A stretch of DNA of 63,790 nucleotides, filler included, from Reticulomyxa filosa (GCA_000512085.1; 26 parts of 26 records of this genome joined end to end with filler, not necessarily neighbours in it); one strand, 5' to 3'; shown: positions 37,886 through 53,539, counted from the first letter of the whole stretch. The notes: generated by a model from the sequence alone, not told the origin. Program-made: numbers and translations.

Positions 37886-39664
37886 TTAGTATGTTTGTCC
37901 CCACATACGAATGGGACCTCTCACCGATCCATAACACATCACATGACTGCAATCATTGTCTTTTCTTTTCTCAGTATTCTTCAATGGTAAAAATTGAATG
38001 CATCTTATCCCTTTATCTTCTTTTGTGTTCCCTGAGATCTTGAGTAACTGCTTATTGCTGCGGATATCCCAAAAGCGAATTGTATTATCCCATGATCCGG
38101 AATATATTATGTTTGCACCACCAATTCCAACGATATCATCATAATTATTGTTGAATGGAAAATAATCCACACAATATACTTCATTTGTATGCCCTTTAAA
38201 TACAGAAATTTCTTTTCTGGATCGAATATCCCATAAATGAACTTTTTTGTTCGACGATCCGGATAATATCGCATTTCCACCACTGTCAGCACTTGTTTGA
38301 AATGGTGAATATTTTACGCTATAAATTGTACCCTTTTGCCTAATAACAGTCAACTCTTTGGCCGTTTCAACATCCCATAAACGGACAGTAGAGTCATCTG
38401 ATCCTGAACAAATGGTTTTACAATTACTTTGCAATGGAGAAAAATCAACACACCAAATATCATTTGTATGTCCATTGAAAACATGCAATGCTTTTGATGT
38501 CTCCACGTCCCACAAACGAACAGTTTTATCACCTGATCCTGAACACAAATATCGGCCGTTATCGAATGGTGAAAATTGAATACAATAAACAGCTTTTGTA
38601 TGTTCATTGAACACTTGATACTGTTTTTCAATTTTGAAATACCAAAAGCGAATTGTTTTGTCAGTTGATGAAGAGCAAATGACATTGCAATGAGAATTAC
38701 GATTATGATACGGTGAAAATTTTACACAATTCACTGCACTTGAATGTCCACTTAATACTTTTAATTGCTTACCAGTTCCCACATCCCATAAGCGAATAGT
38801 TTGATCACGTGATCCAGAGCAAAGAATTTGGTCATCCGTAGATGACGAAAAATCAATACCACGCACAATATCGGTGTGTCCACTAAAATTTTTGAGTAAT
38901 TTGGATGAACAAAATAGATCAAAAGAGGCATTTGGAGATGTTTTGCATCCCGAGCCTGGTGTGCCATCATTATTGTCATACTGTTTTTGCTCATTACTGT
39001 GTATGCAATGAGTTGATTTGATTTCCTTTTCTTGTGTATCACTTTTTATTTGCATGCTTTGATCACTATTTGCCGAAAATGTATCACCCAATTTGTTGCT
39101 ATCTTTAGAAATATTCTTCTCCAATTGCAACTTTCCTGTCTCTGTAGATTCAAATGGCTTGAGGCACCAACCCAATAATCTCAAAGAACATGATTTTTCC
39201 AAGTGCTCGTTTAGTTGTTCTAATTTCCCTTTAAAGTCACACACTGCCGTTCCAGGTGGTTTTCCTTCTTCATGTCCATCGTCGATCATTCTTAAGTCGT
39301 ATTGAAATTGTCTTGGACACACCACATTTAAATCCAAAATCTGACGTTTCATGGATTTAATCTTATGGTATTGACAGTTCTTGTGCGATTGAACAGGGCA
39401 AGAATTGTTATTGTTGCTAAGAAATTGTGCTAGGCAATCCTCTCCAACAATTAATAATCCCTCTAAATTGGTGTGCTCTGGACAACTGATTTCCATAGGG
39501 TCGTTTGCAATTTGTTTGCATATGAGACAAATAAAGTCATTGAGTTGTTCCGGTTCATTCGATTGTAGGATCCATTTTTTTTCAAAGCACACACGCGGAA
39601 GATAAGCGGAACATGCTTCATCTTTCCGATCTTCTTCGCCTTCTTCCCTCTCCAGATTTTTCAT
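37886..39664 (-). CDS. Variant RING, TRAF-type zinc finger and WD40 repeat protein (TRAF7-like architecture)
   Basis: CLICKQIA..CPEH..GEDCL..CPVQSH, CPRQF...CDFKG...HLEKSC, then about seven WD40 repeats. Likely ATG at 39664. Confidence 0.9.
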   Translation of the reverse strand: MKNLEREEGEEDRKDEACSAYLPRVCFEKKWILQSNEPEQLNDFICLICKQIANDPMEISCPEHTNLEGLLIVGEDCLAQFLSNNNNSCPVQSHKNCQYHKIKSMKRQILDLNVVCPRQFQYDLRMIDDGHEEGKPPGTAVCDFKGKLEQLNEHLEKSCSLRLLGWCLKPFESTETGKLQLEKNISKDSNKLGDTFSANSDQSMQIKSDTQEKEIKSTHCIHSNEQKQYDNNDGTPGSGCKTSPNASFDLFCSSKLLKNFSGHTDIVRGIDFSSSTDDQILCSGSRDQTIRLWDVGTGKQLKVLSGHSSAVNCVKFSPYHNRNSHCNVICSSSTDKTIRFWYFKIEKQYQVFNEHTKAVYCIQFSPFDNGRYLCSGSGDKTVRLWDVETSKALHVFNGHTNDIWCVDFSPLQSNCKTICSGSDDSTVRLWDVETAKELTVIRQKGTIYSVKYSPFQTSADSGGNAILSGSSNKKVHLWDIRSRKEISVFKGHTNEVYCVDYFPFNNNYDDIVGIGGANIIYSGSWDNTIRFWDIRSNKQLLKISGNTKEDKGIRCIQFLPLKNTEKRKDNDCSHVMCYGSVRGPIRMWGQTY

Positions 39665-40291
39665 CCTTTGTATTGTTTTCTTTCTGTATATTAGCAATTT
39701 CGCAACTTTATTCCGGTCAATAAGGAAATAGAAGGTTTTTTTTGAAATTGTTACCAACAAATAAAACTTATGGTTTGAAACATCAAATTCCTTTGTATTC
39801 TGCGTTAGTTACATTGCAAATATGTAATTTTTTCTATGAATATATTTAATAATGAGTAATTATTGTGTGGTTTCTTGCCAATCATCGTTGAATTGCATAG
39901 AGCGGTTATCAATCTAGCCCACAATAATACAAGACATTTTTTTTCTCACCGTCAAATACAGAGCAACATATTTTTGCATTCGGAACTGGTGAAGTTGTAT
40001 GTTGGATGAAACTGGCACGAAAAAAAAGTGACAGCCTGGGCATTTCTGTGTAAAGAAAAAGAAAAGTGCGGTATGGTGAACTTACTCCACAAAAATCTTT
40101 TTTCGACTCTGTTTTATTTGAAAAAAAAAAGTGTAATTATTCAAAATAAAAATGTTCGTTTGGAAAGAGAAGACAAAAAATCAGCTCTAGTTCTCGAAAA
40201 AAGAACTGGCTTCTGCAACGCACCCATGATCTAAATCTTGATCTGATTATCTTACAACATAAGACAAAACATCACGATACCCAGCGTGGCG

Positions 40292-41039
40292 TTATTTGTC
40301 ATCGGCTGTTTTCCGCTTTGAAATATGTGCACATAATTTCTGTGTGTAATGTTGACAATTATTTGACAGCAGCTCATAAGTATCCCATTGACTTTCATGC
40401 ATAAAATTCCAGATGTCCCTTAATGTTACTACTGCGGCTGTCTGTGAAGTATCTGCGATCCAATCGTAATAGTCTTCATGAAAACAATCACCACTCTTAT
40501 TATTTGCAGTCATTCTGCCAAAAGTTGAAACTTCACTTTGCTCAGCACATTGCCTTTTTTTTAAACATTTTTTTTTTTGCTGACTCACTCCAAATTTATT
40601 TGAATTCATGTACATATGCAAAGGTATACATATTTTTGTTAATTTTTTTGTTATAAACATACACTAATATTATTTCGTTGTAATCTTCTTGAAATGGATG
40701 ATTGAACTGGGTAAAATAGTAATGGCCACTTTCTGTTTTAAGTTCGGCCCACCAATGCATCACCGCTATATTCGTAAGAGGTTTTGTAACTATTGAGGCA
40801 AGGCCTGCAAAAAAATCATTTCTAATAAAACTCTTGTAAACACGAAATTGGATTATTCGGTCATCCATGTTCGCTTTCTTTGCGCGCAAATGTCTTTCTG
40901 TCCCTTCTACTTTTCTAACACCTATTCTTTCACCAGTCCAAATTAATGCTTTTTTTACTGGATGTGTGGTCACTTCCAATAGAGGTTCTGCCACATAATT
41001 CCATGCTGTCTTCAAAGACCTTGTAACTGTGGACCCCAT
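40292..41039 (-). CDS. Permuted papain-like (PPPDE/DeSI/LRAT-like) cysteine peptidase; exons 41039-40663 and 40553-40292
   Basis: His-before-Cys dyad MHWWAEL...YELLSNNCQHY. Phase-2 GT-AG intron. The MGSTVT N-terminus fits N-myristoylation. Confidence 0.7.
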
Positions 41040-41777
41040 AAATATCCTAAATCCTTTTTTATTGAAATGCAAGTGATAATTTTTACAAAAAAAACGAGTG
41101 TGTTTGTCCCTTTCTGTTATAATTGTAACAAAGTTATTAATTTTTTATTTTTTAACACAAATGAATCAAATTCATAGAGAAATAGATTGTATCAGACGGT
41201 CATATAGTTCTTATGACTAGACAGTTGGAATATGAGATTTACAACCAAGAAAACAAATACAAGCACCAGACGCTATGCAAATAGACAATGATTGAATATT
41301 TCACATAGAAACGCATTGTATTATGTCCAATTTTTCATTCAATTGTAGAAAATTTATATATGCTGGAATTAATCCAAAGTAATATCTAGATGAAGCATTT
41401 AAATTTCAGAAACACAATATTTTATATCTACTAAAAAATGCTCTTTGTAAAAAAGAAGTCTAGATTTTAAAGCTTTATAAATAACACAGCTTGTAATCAG
41501 TGATTCTATTTTTACAAAAACAATACCGTTTAGTCTTTTCATATATCTTTTTTCTATTATTAAATTATGTTCAACGTTTTGGCCTGTTCCAAACCGGGCT
41601 ACTCAATTATAATTCCAACGTCGTTGCAGTCCAGCATATTTTTTGCCATTGCTGTTTTCCTTTTTGTTTTTATTATCATTTACGGCTATCTTATCACCAC
41701 TTTTTCATGACCTAAACGGGAAAAAAGGTATTTGAAACGCGGATCGTCGACTTTTTTGTGTGTTGTTCCCCCATAAA

Positions 41778-43073
41778 ATGTTAGAGCGACCTCTGCAATT
41801 AAAAACTGCATTATTTGGCATATCTTGGCCATCATTGCCCTTGAAACGTCCCTTATCTACCCCAATTTGGTTGTTATTGGTGACGACATTGGTTTTGATA
41901 TTGTGGTTTTACTTGGACTTTTGCTTGTGTCATCTGAACGATTTTTTCCGGCCATTGGTTATTGAAGTGTTGAAAATACTAGACAAGAATGACATTCGGT
42001 CTTGGTTAGGGGGGGGAGCTGTATTGGGTTTATATCGGAGCGGGGATTTGCTTGCGTGGGACTACGATGTGGATATATACTTGGAAGATGTGGTGCAACT
42101 GGAGAAAATAGTGGCCTTAAGACCAGTCTTCGAAGAGGTGTTGAAGCTATCAATGTACACACGTGACGACGTTATTTGGGATAAATTTAATGGGGACACA
42201 CCCTTTCACATAGAAATTCCAGCACTTCGACTTTATACAAAGAGGTACTGGTTTGTGTTCTTCAATCGATTTTTTATCGAATTTTTCGACGGAAGCACAC
42301 GCACACTGCGAGACGCGCAGTATCGCACAGATCGTGCGAAAAGTCCGACCAATAAAAAAAAGCAAAGAGAAGACCAGTACATGGTACCAAGAGATTACAA
42401 AACGTTATCGAATGATACAGTGCTTTGGTGTAATGAAGACTGTAACGTGAGAAAAGTGTTGTTGAAGGATATTTCAACGCCGTATGACGATACTATTGTT
42501 CAATCGTGGAGACATGACCGCTGTCTTAAGCGAGACTCAGTGTACCCATTGGTCGATTTGAAACAGGCATGGGTCACCGAATCGGGCGAACCCGTGAAGA
42601 CACGATTTGATGGCAGTGGGGTCATTCTGTGGGTCCCTAATGATACACATTATGTGTGTAATCAATATTGGGGGGACGGCTGGAGTAAGCCCGATATCAA
42701 AGGTTGGAAATGTTGGCTATGTTTCCAATTCTGGGATGATTTTTCCTTTCGTTGCACTATGTTGGGTCTTCTCCTGTGGTATCTTTTCCTCATCTATTGG
42801 CATTACAGACTTACTCGTGACAACAAATTTCGGGAAAAAGCCGTCGATAGCCGATCTAATGGTACTGACAATGTCCAATTGTCTGGTTTGTGTTTTTCTT
42901 TGTTCTCTTTTCCTCATGATTTTTTTTTATATAAAAAAAATCATGTTTTTATGGAAACTCTTTTTTTTTCGTCCTCTTTCGTTCATAGTTTATTACAAAA
43001 AATTTTTCATCTGTTTGCTTTTGCAGAAAGGCAGCCCTTTATTTCAAAGTCTCATAACGACAAAGATCTATAA
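41778..43073 (+). CDS. LicD/fukutin-related nucleotidyltransferase-fold membrane protein (3' end probably spliced)
   Basis: WLGGGAVLGLYRSGDLLAWDYDVDIYL matches LicD G.LLG..R.G..IPWD.D.DI. Hydrophobic helices at both ends. Confidence 0.85.
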   Translation: MLERPLQLKTALFGISWPSLPLKRPLSTPIWLLLVTTLVLILWFYLDFCLCHLNDFFRPLVIEVLKILDKNDIRSWLGGGAVLGLYRSGDLLAWDYDVDIYLEDVVQLEKIVALRPVFEEVLKLSMYTRDDVIWDKFNGDTPFHIEIPALRLYTKRYWFVFFNRFFIEFFDGSTRTLRDAQYRTDRAKSPTNKKKQREDQYMVPRDYKTLSNDTVLWCNEDCNVRKVLLKDISTPYDDTIVQSWRHDRCLKRDSVYPLVDLKQAWVTESGEPVKTRFDGSGVILWVPNDTHYVCNQYWGDGWSKPDIKGWKCWLCFQFWDDFSFRCTMLGLLLWYLFLIYWHYRLTRDNKFREKAVDSRSNGTDNVQLSGLCFSLFSFPHDFFLYKKNHVFMETLFFSSSFVHSLLQKIFHLFAFAERQPFISKSHNDKDL

Positions 43074-43548
43074 CACGTACGCGCGTGCTTTTAGTTTGTT
43101 TTATGTTTGTTTTTTGGCATTTTTTTTTTAATGTTCAATGAGCCGTTATCACTTGGTATGTGACAATAAAAAATGTCTTTATTTTTGAGTAGGATGAGGT
43201 CTACTTTTAGTGCTATTGTGCTTTCTTCTTTACTACTAAGAATTCAGAATCTTAAATATAATCCTTATATACAACTAATCAAAAAGTTAATAATGTTTTG
43301 AAAATGTAAAAAATTAAAGATAAACAAAATGTTGCAAGTACTCTTCCTACTTGTTTACAATTTTCCTTTTTTCAGTGGTTCACAAAAGTCATGAACACAA
43401 AATCAAAAGACATGGAAAGACAAACAGCAACCTGAAGCTTGCCGTTGTAGAAAAATTGAAAAAAAATGTTTTAGCACGCAAAAAAATTCCAAACAGTAGA
43501 AAATGACACAATTTTTACGTTGTAATTGTAAAAAGTTTAATGATAGGA

Positions 43549-45646
<2,098 letters not shown>

Positions 45647-47084
45647 ANNNNNNNNNNNNNNNNNNNNNNNNNNNNNNNNNNNNNNNNNNNNTTAATTAAT
45701 TAANNNNNNNNNNNNNNNNNNNNNNNNNNNNNNNNNNNNNNNNNNNNACACTCCAATCTCTCACATTTGCATCACGTATACAATTTTTTTTTGTTATGTT
45801 CATGGTTACACTATAGCGACCATCTTTGCTCATTATTACCTAAAAATGTAAGTATATCGCGGACAAACAAACAAAATGTTAATAATCAATTGTAATTTGG
45901 AAAATAAGAAAAAATACTTGGGTTCGGATTGCATCATCATCATCATCATCATCATTATTCACAAAACCTTTTATTGTTTATATTAAATGTTGTGTGTTTA
46001 CAGTTTAAAGAAAGTTGTTTGAAAAAAGTATTTTAATTTTTTTCTTTTTCAAACGTATAAGACACATACCAGTTAGATTCATGTCCGAAAAATCAACCAA
46101 TCCTAAGAAAGAAAACACAGTAAAAAAAAAAAGGGACAATTATGAGTTTTTAGTAGCAAAACAGAGAATGTGTAAAGGTAAGTTTTAACGTTCTCCGTTT
46201 TTAATAAATGTCATGGTACTTCGAGGATCGCTATCATATGCTTTATTATTTTTATATGTACATTTTTGTTTTTACGTACATCAAGATTTTTTTTAAAAAA
46301 AAAAGGGGGAACGATGTCACAGAAAAGGTCCTCGTATGCACATAAGTCTCTTGTTTCAAAGAGAAAAAAAAAAGGTACCACCCCTCTTTGTAGATATAAT
46401 AGAAACACTTTTTGTGGATATTACTTCTTTCAATAATTGATTCAAATGCAATTGCCATACTTTCCGTCAATACGATTGTTTCTCTTCTATAGCAGCAGCT
46501 CATAATGTATTTTTTTTATTAAGAAATGACAGTGAGAACAATTAGTTTTTATCTAACTTTGGTAATAGATAATTTGAAGAATCACACGTAATAACTCTTA
46601 TCTGTAAAGATTACACTTTAAAAGTCAAAAAAAAACTCAGAATGATTAAAGACTTTTTTTTTATCACGTTCTCATCTTGAGATAAGGAGTCTAGAATTTT
46701 TGTATTTTTTTATAGCAATTGAATCTCTTTGTACATGTATGGGACAACACAATCCAAAATAATTTTTGACATAAATTCTTTTTTTTTTTAACTCGAGCAC
46801 AAGTACATATACAAATCTTATATCATTTTAAACAATTTATATTTTTTGACAAATAATCAAAATGATGTAAAATAATGAATGTTTGGAAGTTTATCAAACA
46901 CCAGTTGTAATAAAAGAATAACAAACTGTGTTTATTTATGATATGAAGATTATAATATTTCTCATTTTTGTAACTGGTTTAAATTACAATTACAAAAATA
47001 TTATGTTGTACAGATATAATTTTAAAATAGAGTATACTATTATTTCCAAATATAATTCTTTTGCAATACACCTTTTTTCATTAA

Positions 47085-47215
47085 ACCCAAATAATGGAAT
47101 ATTATGTCTTAAATTTATTGTATTGAAAAAGAAAGAGAAAACAAGAAATATTACATATGATCTGAATTTGTGTTATGGTTCACGCAAAGGTCCCATTCGT
47201 ATTGGGAATAATTTA
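47085..47215 (+). pseudogene. Isolated C-terminal remnant of the WD40 family
   Basis: GILCLKFIVLKKKEK...LCYGSRKGPIRIG matches the C-termini of the 25843 and 37886 paralogs. No upstream repeats are present. Confidence 0.75.
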
Positions 47216-48041
47216 CTTTTTGTCGAATAATAAATGAAATTGTTTTTTTAAAAAGTTTGATTAAAAGAAAAGTAAGTTGAGATCAAATTTATTTGATTTG
47301 ATTGAATGCAAGCATTAAAAGAAGTGTTTTGTCTGACTTTGTTATTTAAAAAAGTGAAAAAGCTGCGTTCAATGTTTTTTGAAAAATCGTAAGTCATAAT
47401 AAAAATTGTATCCAAATATCAAAATAAATTGCAAAAGATTTTAAGTATTGATATCATTGAAAATCTTCGAAAACAAAGACGTTAAAAAAATATATTTTTG
47501 AGAATCTTTTTACGTTTATTCCTTATGTTTTTGGTAACAAGATATTTTTAATGAATGAAAAAAAAATGATAAATTAAAAGCTTTATTCACATATGCTCGT
47601 TCCCAAACATAAATTGGACCTTTAATTAAAAAATCTTTTTTTGATTTAATTTTTTTTTGCAATTATTCGATTTCAATAAGATGATATACTAATTAATGAT
47701 GTATTTAAATGTTCATTCATATCTTCATGTTGTTTTCCATCACTTGCCATCAACATATTTCCATTGTCTTCATGTCCACAAATAATCATATCATATTTGT
47801 GTGTATTTTCATGAATTCTCGTTCAAATAATTTTCTGAAATTTGTAACATCCGTTTCTTTCACATTTTTAAGTATTACCGGTTGTTGAAATGAAGTTGAT
47901 TTTTTAATATTCATTTTAAATTTGGAGTACTGTTTGATTTGNNNNNNNNNNNNNNNNNNNNNNNNNNNNNNNNNNNNNNNNNNNNTTAATTAATTAANNN
48001 NNNNNNNNNNNNNNNNNNNNNNNNNNNNNNNNNNNNNNNNN

Positions 48042-48074
<33 letters not shown>

Positions 48075-48098
48075 ATAATAATGTTGTAGTTGCCTAAC

Positions 48099-48680
48099 GT
48101 CCGGAATAAATTGTGGGTGATTTCTTTTGACAAAGTTGATAAGGTGAACCAAGTGTGGGACTTCTCGGAACGCCAGAAAACCCGCAATGTAAGGCTGGTT
48201 CAATGTAACCAACTCTGTCTTTTGAAATACTACGTCCATCGAAGGGTATTCGCATATCACCAGTCCCGCACATGCCGCGTTTTCTTCCATTATGCTCGCA
48301 TTCGAATGTGGGTTGATCGGAGTTATATCCATCCCCGCTATGTATCTGATCTGTCTTGTTGTTGTGCTGCTCGGTGCTATCTTGCTCACTTGTGCTGTCT
48401 CTGAAGACGCTTTCTTATTCCCCACATTCTTCGTCACTATTCTCACTTGTCCATAACGATATTGAGTCTTTTCGTCACACTCCACTTCGAAAATGTCGGG
48501 TAACGACCATAAGTGAATATCTTTAGTTGTTCGTCTTTTTTTTTTTTTTTTTGAATTTTTTTTTAATAAAAGAAAATAATAAAAAATATTTTCTTACTTT
48601 GTGGCAAGTGCAAGCTGCTCTTTTTTCCAAATTGAACTGAATTTGTGAAACACGACGTCTGCGTCGGATTCAAGGGTCAT
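48099..48680 (-). CDS. ENDOV: Endonuclease V, 5' exons (48680-48598, 48534-48099)
   Basis: WKKEQ..LA, IAGMDI (catalytic Asp) and the PYIAGFLAFREVP wedge motif. GT-AG introns. Confidence 0.92.
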
Positions 48681-50095
48681 TCTTTCTTTTTTAGAAAAAA
48701 AGTTGTCTTTGCCCCTTCTTGTTTCTTTGTTCACCAACTTTAAGAATTGGCTTACTTTTTCTTTCCTACTGGATGTCCAAAACAACAAACTCAAAAAACT
48801 TATTGTCCGTTCGAACTCTTGACTTGTGATAACATAAATTTATGCGTTAACAAGCAATGAGAAGTGATACTGGACACTGGTCCCAATCGTACACGATAGG
48901 ATAGGTCGATAATTTTACAAACCTTTCCGTACTATAATCTTTTGGTTTATTTCTAGTGCTCACTCTAACTTGAACACACAAAAAGTATCTGTACTAAACT
49001 AAGAATCATTCTGTCTAAATTTATGAGTGTTCGTAATTATCCAAGCATTATGACAAGTTTGAGAAGGTATATGGTGTACTTAAAGAATTTTGGAAATATC
49101 TAACAACACAACTAATACGCAAAAACCAACCCGCGATTATGCATACACGATCACATGGTGTCTATTCCTTCTTTCAAAAAAAAAGAATGGCGGTAATGAA
49201 ATTGCTCTAAATTGATCTAAAAGCAGACAAGGATATCAAAGAAGTTGATAACTTTTGAATTTACAAGTGTATAAAAAAAAAACATCCGTACGTCATATAC
49301 GACGAGAGCCATCAGGCACAAGGTATATGTTTATACATGATACGTATAATACATATACACAATAACATATTAAATCGATTATAAAAACGGAGGCACCATC
49401 CATCAAATTTTTACTTTTTAATCCAAATCCATTAAAAAATGTGTTTCCGACCAAAAAAAAAAATAAATAAAAAAATGAACAAACCAACCAACAAACAAGC
49501 ATTGCCAAAAAAAAAAAAAAAAAAAAAAAAAAANNNNNNNNNNNNNNNNNNNNNNNNNNNNNNNNNNNNNNNNNNNNTTAATTAATTAANNNNNNNNNNN
49601 NNNNNNNNNNNNNNNNNNNNNNNNNNNNNNNNNAAAGAGAGGGGGGGAGCAAGTTGGGAAGGGAAAGGGGAGGAGAAGAGGAAGAGGAGGAGGAAAGGAG
49701 AAGAGGATGAGTGAGTAGTGTAGGGAATGAGCGTTAGAACAAAGTAGTAGACTACGATGATACAAGCGGAGTGGCAAGTAACATACACAAACATCCGAAC
49801 AAAGTCAGAAGAAGCGACCCAACTTTTTCGTTTTGATCGAGAAATGATCCGAATCGTTGTCGAGCCAACGGAAATCATGTCCATTGAAGATCACCGATAC
49901 CAGTTGCTTTGTTTTTGAAACTATCTTTCCTTCCACCCATTCTTCTCCATTCCACACCCACACATCCATTCCAACATATATCTATTTATTATATACATAC
50001 ATATATAGGAAACACAAAAAAAAATAATGGATTGTGTCATTATAGAGGATGATACGTTGACTTGCAAAACAACAATATTTGATCACACATTTTAA

Positions 50096-50321
50096 CTCTT
50101 TGTTGGAATGGCTGCGATTCTATCAGATAATTTGTGCACTCCTCGATATCTGGTCCCTTTGATTTTCATTTTTTTATTTATGCTGGATCGTTTACGTCAA
50201 TCACGAAATGTGCTTTTTTTTTTTACTCAACAAGTTTTTCAATAGCGCCCCGTACTTCTTTGCTTTCAAAACCCATCCGTACTAATTGTTGATAGATGTC
50301 ATGATGGAAATTATTTGTCAT
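50096..50321 (-). CDS. UBA-domain protein, first two exons (50321-50232, 50156-~50096)
   Basis: Spliced reading MTNNFHHDIYQQLVRMGFESKEVRGAIEKL | GPDIEECTNYLIES fits UBA (L..MGF...A....D.E....YL). Missed by the ORF track. Confidence 0.7.
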
Positions 50322-51406
50322 GTTTATCGTTCTTAAAGCATAGATTGGTTTTTTTTTTCTGTTCAAAAAAAAAAAAAACGTTAAACCCTGTTTTCAGCTT
50401 TCCTTGCTTTACACTCTCGAGCTGATTTTGCATTGAAGTCTAACAATTGCATGTGCAAAGAGGTGATTCGCTCTTTGTTGTGTGCAAAAACATTGTGCTT
50501 TTTAATTGTCAATCTCAGTTTTTCACCTTGTCCTTTTCAAAAATGACAAGTACATTCTGAAACAGAAACGCTGACACTGAACATAAACAATGATTTCATT
50601 TTTTTTTTTTGTACATAGAAATCCGATTATTGAAGGCTTTTCTGAAAAGTCAGAGATGTGGATACTTGAAACAAAACTTCCGACCAATATTTGAGTTTTT
50701 ATTTTTATTAAACTTTTGTTGTGTTGATTTCTTTTGAAAAAATTTTGTAATATTTTTGGCTTGTATTTTCATATTTACATTTGTTTCCAGGATAAAAACG
50801 TTTTACACTTAGTGATTTTCTCTTATGCATGTTTTGGACTGGATTATTCAAACGAGTAGTCGATGTGCAAAGGATTTATGGGTATGTATTCCGACAAATT
50901 GTGAAAATTATTTGGTAGTGTTGCGAAAAACTTTAAGGGATGACAAAATTTCAAGTTTAAACTGAAAGTTTCTAATATCAATTTTATTATTACAATTCGT
51001 AATATAGCTATTTTTTTTCTTTATTGTGATATCACTATTATGGATATACGGGTTCTATTATGCTACTTCTTTGACTGAGTATTGTTTGTACTGGAAAAAA
51101 ACACAAATTTGGCGCATGCGAATGTAAAAATAATTATTTAATCAAAAACGAACTTGCAAAAAAAGAAACATAACATCAATTTCAACAGGTTAATGTCCAA
51201 CATAAAAAAGAAGACTCTTCAAAAAGCAGAAGGAAGTGAAAACGGAAATAAGTATGAAATTTCATTTTCCTAATTAACTAACAACAAAGACCCGCGACTT
51301 AGTGAAAAAAAAACGGGACTCTTTTTCGCAAAAAAAAACGCGTTGCGTTTGAACGTTGCTGAATATTTGAGTTTTTCTACCTAGAACAAAAGAAATTTGA
51401 AAAACA

Positions 51407-52896
51407 ATGCTAGATTTGAGTGAAGCCTCTCGTCTGACGAATGAAGAATCAAGCTCATTTTTAAAACCGTCTTCACGTTTTATTGGCGAAGGGTACTTGG
51501 AGGTAGAGTAAAAAAAAAGAAATTTCCTCCTTTTTTTCTAGCCTCTTCTTTGGAAAGTTGTTTGATCTTGGTTTGTTTGTCAAAGACAAACTTCAATGAT
51601 GATAAAATAGCAAGCCAACGGCTGTATCATCGCTTAAAAGAAGTGATCCAATCAGTTTTCAATACATTGACATCAGACGAGGATGAGTGGGCAATATATT
51701 CGTACATAGATTGCATCTTATCTGCACACTATATAACACATTCGTTTGCTCAAATAATTTGCAATGTATGTATTCTGCAAAATCATGTCAAGTATACTTT
51801 TTTTGAATTGGCTCGCAAAAGCAGTTCCGGCGAAGTGAATGGAGGCAAGGAATGGTACGAGAACATTAAATCATATATTCACAGTTCATGTTATAAATTT
51901 GAGTATCAATGGGACATCTACAACCCTTTGGACATTGTCAGCAAAATGTATCCAAATGACACTGGATCGAATAAGAGTGTATATCAAGCTAAAGACTTTG
52001 ATGCATTCATTAACGAACATATGCAGCTACCACAATTCAATACAAGCAATGGCCGAGAAAAAGCAAAAGGTGAGGGTATCTTGACATTGTTGTCACATTT
52101 CAAAAAGAGATTCAAAACAAGTATTTTTCTCCATCCTGTTCAATTCCAATTCTTGCAATGGATGATAGTCACGTTTATTGATCACATTATTGTCAATCGG
52201 ACTATTCAACATAATATCGTTCAGTTGGTTCCAACTGGCAGAGAATCTGTTCCTTTGAGGGTATGAAAATACTGTTGTTATTGTTGTTGTTATTTTTTTC
52301 TCTTCTTTCCTCTTTCTGGTTTTTTTTTTTTTTGTGAAGAAATTTCCAAAGAAATTTCTTTCGAAATCCCTTTGTCTTCTTCCATCACCATTGTATTCTT
52401 TTTGTTTGTTTTTCAGAATTGGAAATTTGAAGAGCGTATACACTCTTGCGTTAAGCAAATCAAACAAAGCCATTTGAGGGACGAAAAGATTGCGATATCA
52501 TGTGCAGATGAGAATGGGAGCAGTGAGACATGTGAAATAAATATGACGGTTGATGACCGCATAAAAATACGCATCCGACTGTTGAAAACAATGGCAGATC
52601 CAGGCAAAAATGTAGAAAAAGAAGAAGATGATGAGAAGAACAAAAGTGCATCTGATGAGAAAGAGGATGAGCCATCCGAACAAATGAACGTCAACGTGCA
52701 ATTGCAATTATTGTCCAGTGCAAATGATAAAAACGGATTAAAAGGGTGGGATGCAATTGAAAGGAGCGATATGGACATATTGCAGTGTGTAATCTCTTAT
52801 ACGGTTCAAATTTATCATTGTATTTTGATACCTTACAGTCTGGCCAGATATCAGGAGATGTTTGAACAAATCTATGTATATTGCATGTTGCAGCTG
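51407..52896 (+). CDS. Hypothetical multi-exon protein, 3'-partial
   Basis: ATG exon at 51407-51502, then long open exons (~51586-52260 and 52417-52896) bounded by GT-AG. No family recognised. Confidence 0.6.
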
Positions 52897-52898
52897 GT

Positions 52899-52939
<41 letters not shown>

Positions 52940-53539
52940 NNNNNNNNNNNNNNNNNNNNNNNNNNNNNNNNNNNNNNNNNNNNTTAATTAATTAANNNNN
53001 NNNNNNNNNNNNNNNNNNNNNNNNNNNNNNNNNNNNNNNAAAAAAAAAAACATAGTGTATTTACAAGAACGAAGTAGAAGCGGTTATAATGGCGATGACA
53101 AGCACACAACTGGTGAATAGATGGTGCAAATTGTTTGGAAAGCCAGGAGCGAATATGGTATCCGATACATGGCTTGTGATCAATTGCTCCACGATTGCAC
53201 GAACGCCGAATTTGGTTCTCAATGTTATTTTCAGGCGAAGTAATTTCACATTTATAATATCTCGTGCCCCAATAAAAAAAAAATTACAATTTCCAAAATT
53301 ATGCAAAGTCCAACATCCACGTCCAAGCTATTATTTCCAACACTTGAAACTTCGCCATGCACCAACAACTATCTATTCGACAAGTCAAAGATCTATCAAC
53401 GCTATTTGATATTGCAATGTTATGTTCTTTTTCTTTTTTTACTTACTTTTTTTTAAAAAAAAAAAAAATTTGGATATGTCGTAGATGTGGCGCAAAAAAA
53501 TGGAACATGGACGACAATGGCAAAAATGACGACGTTTAC

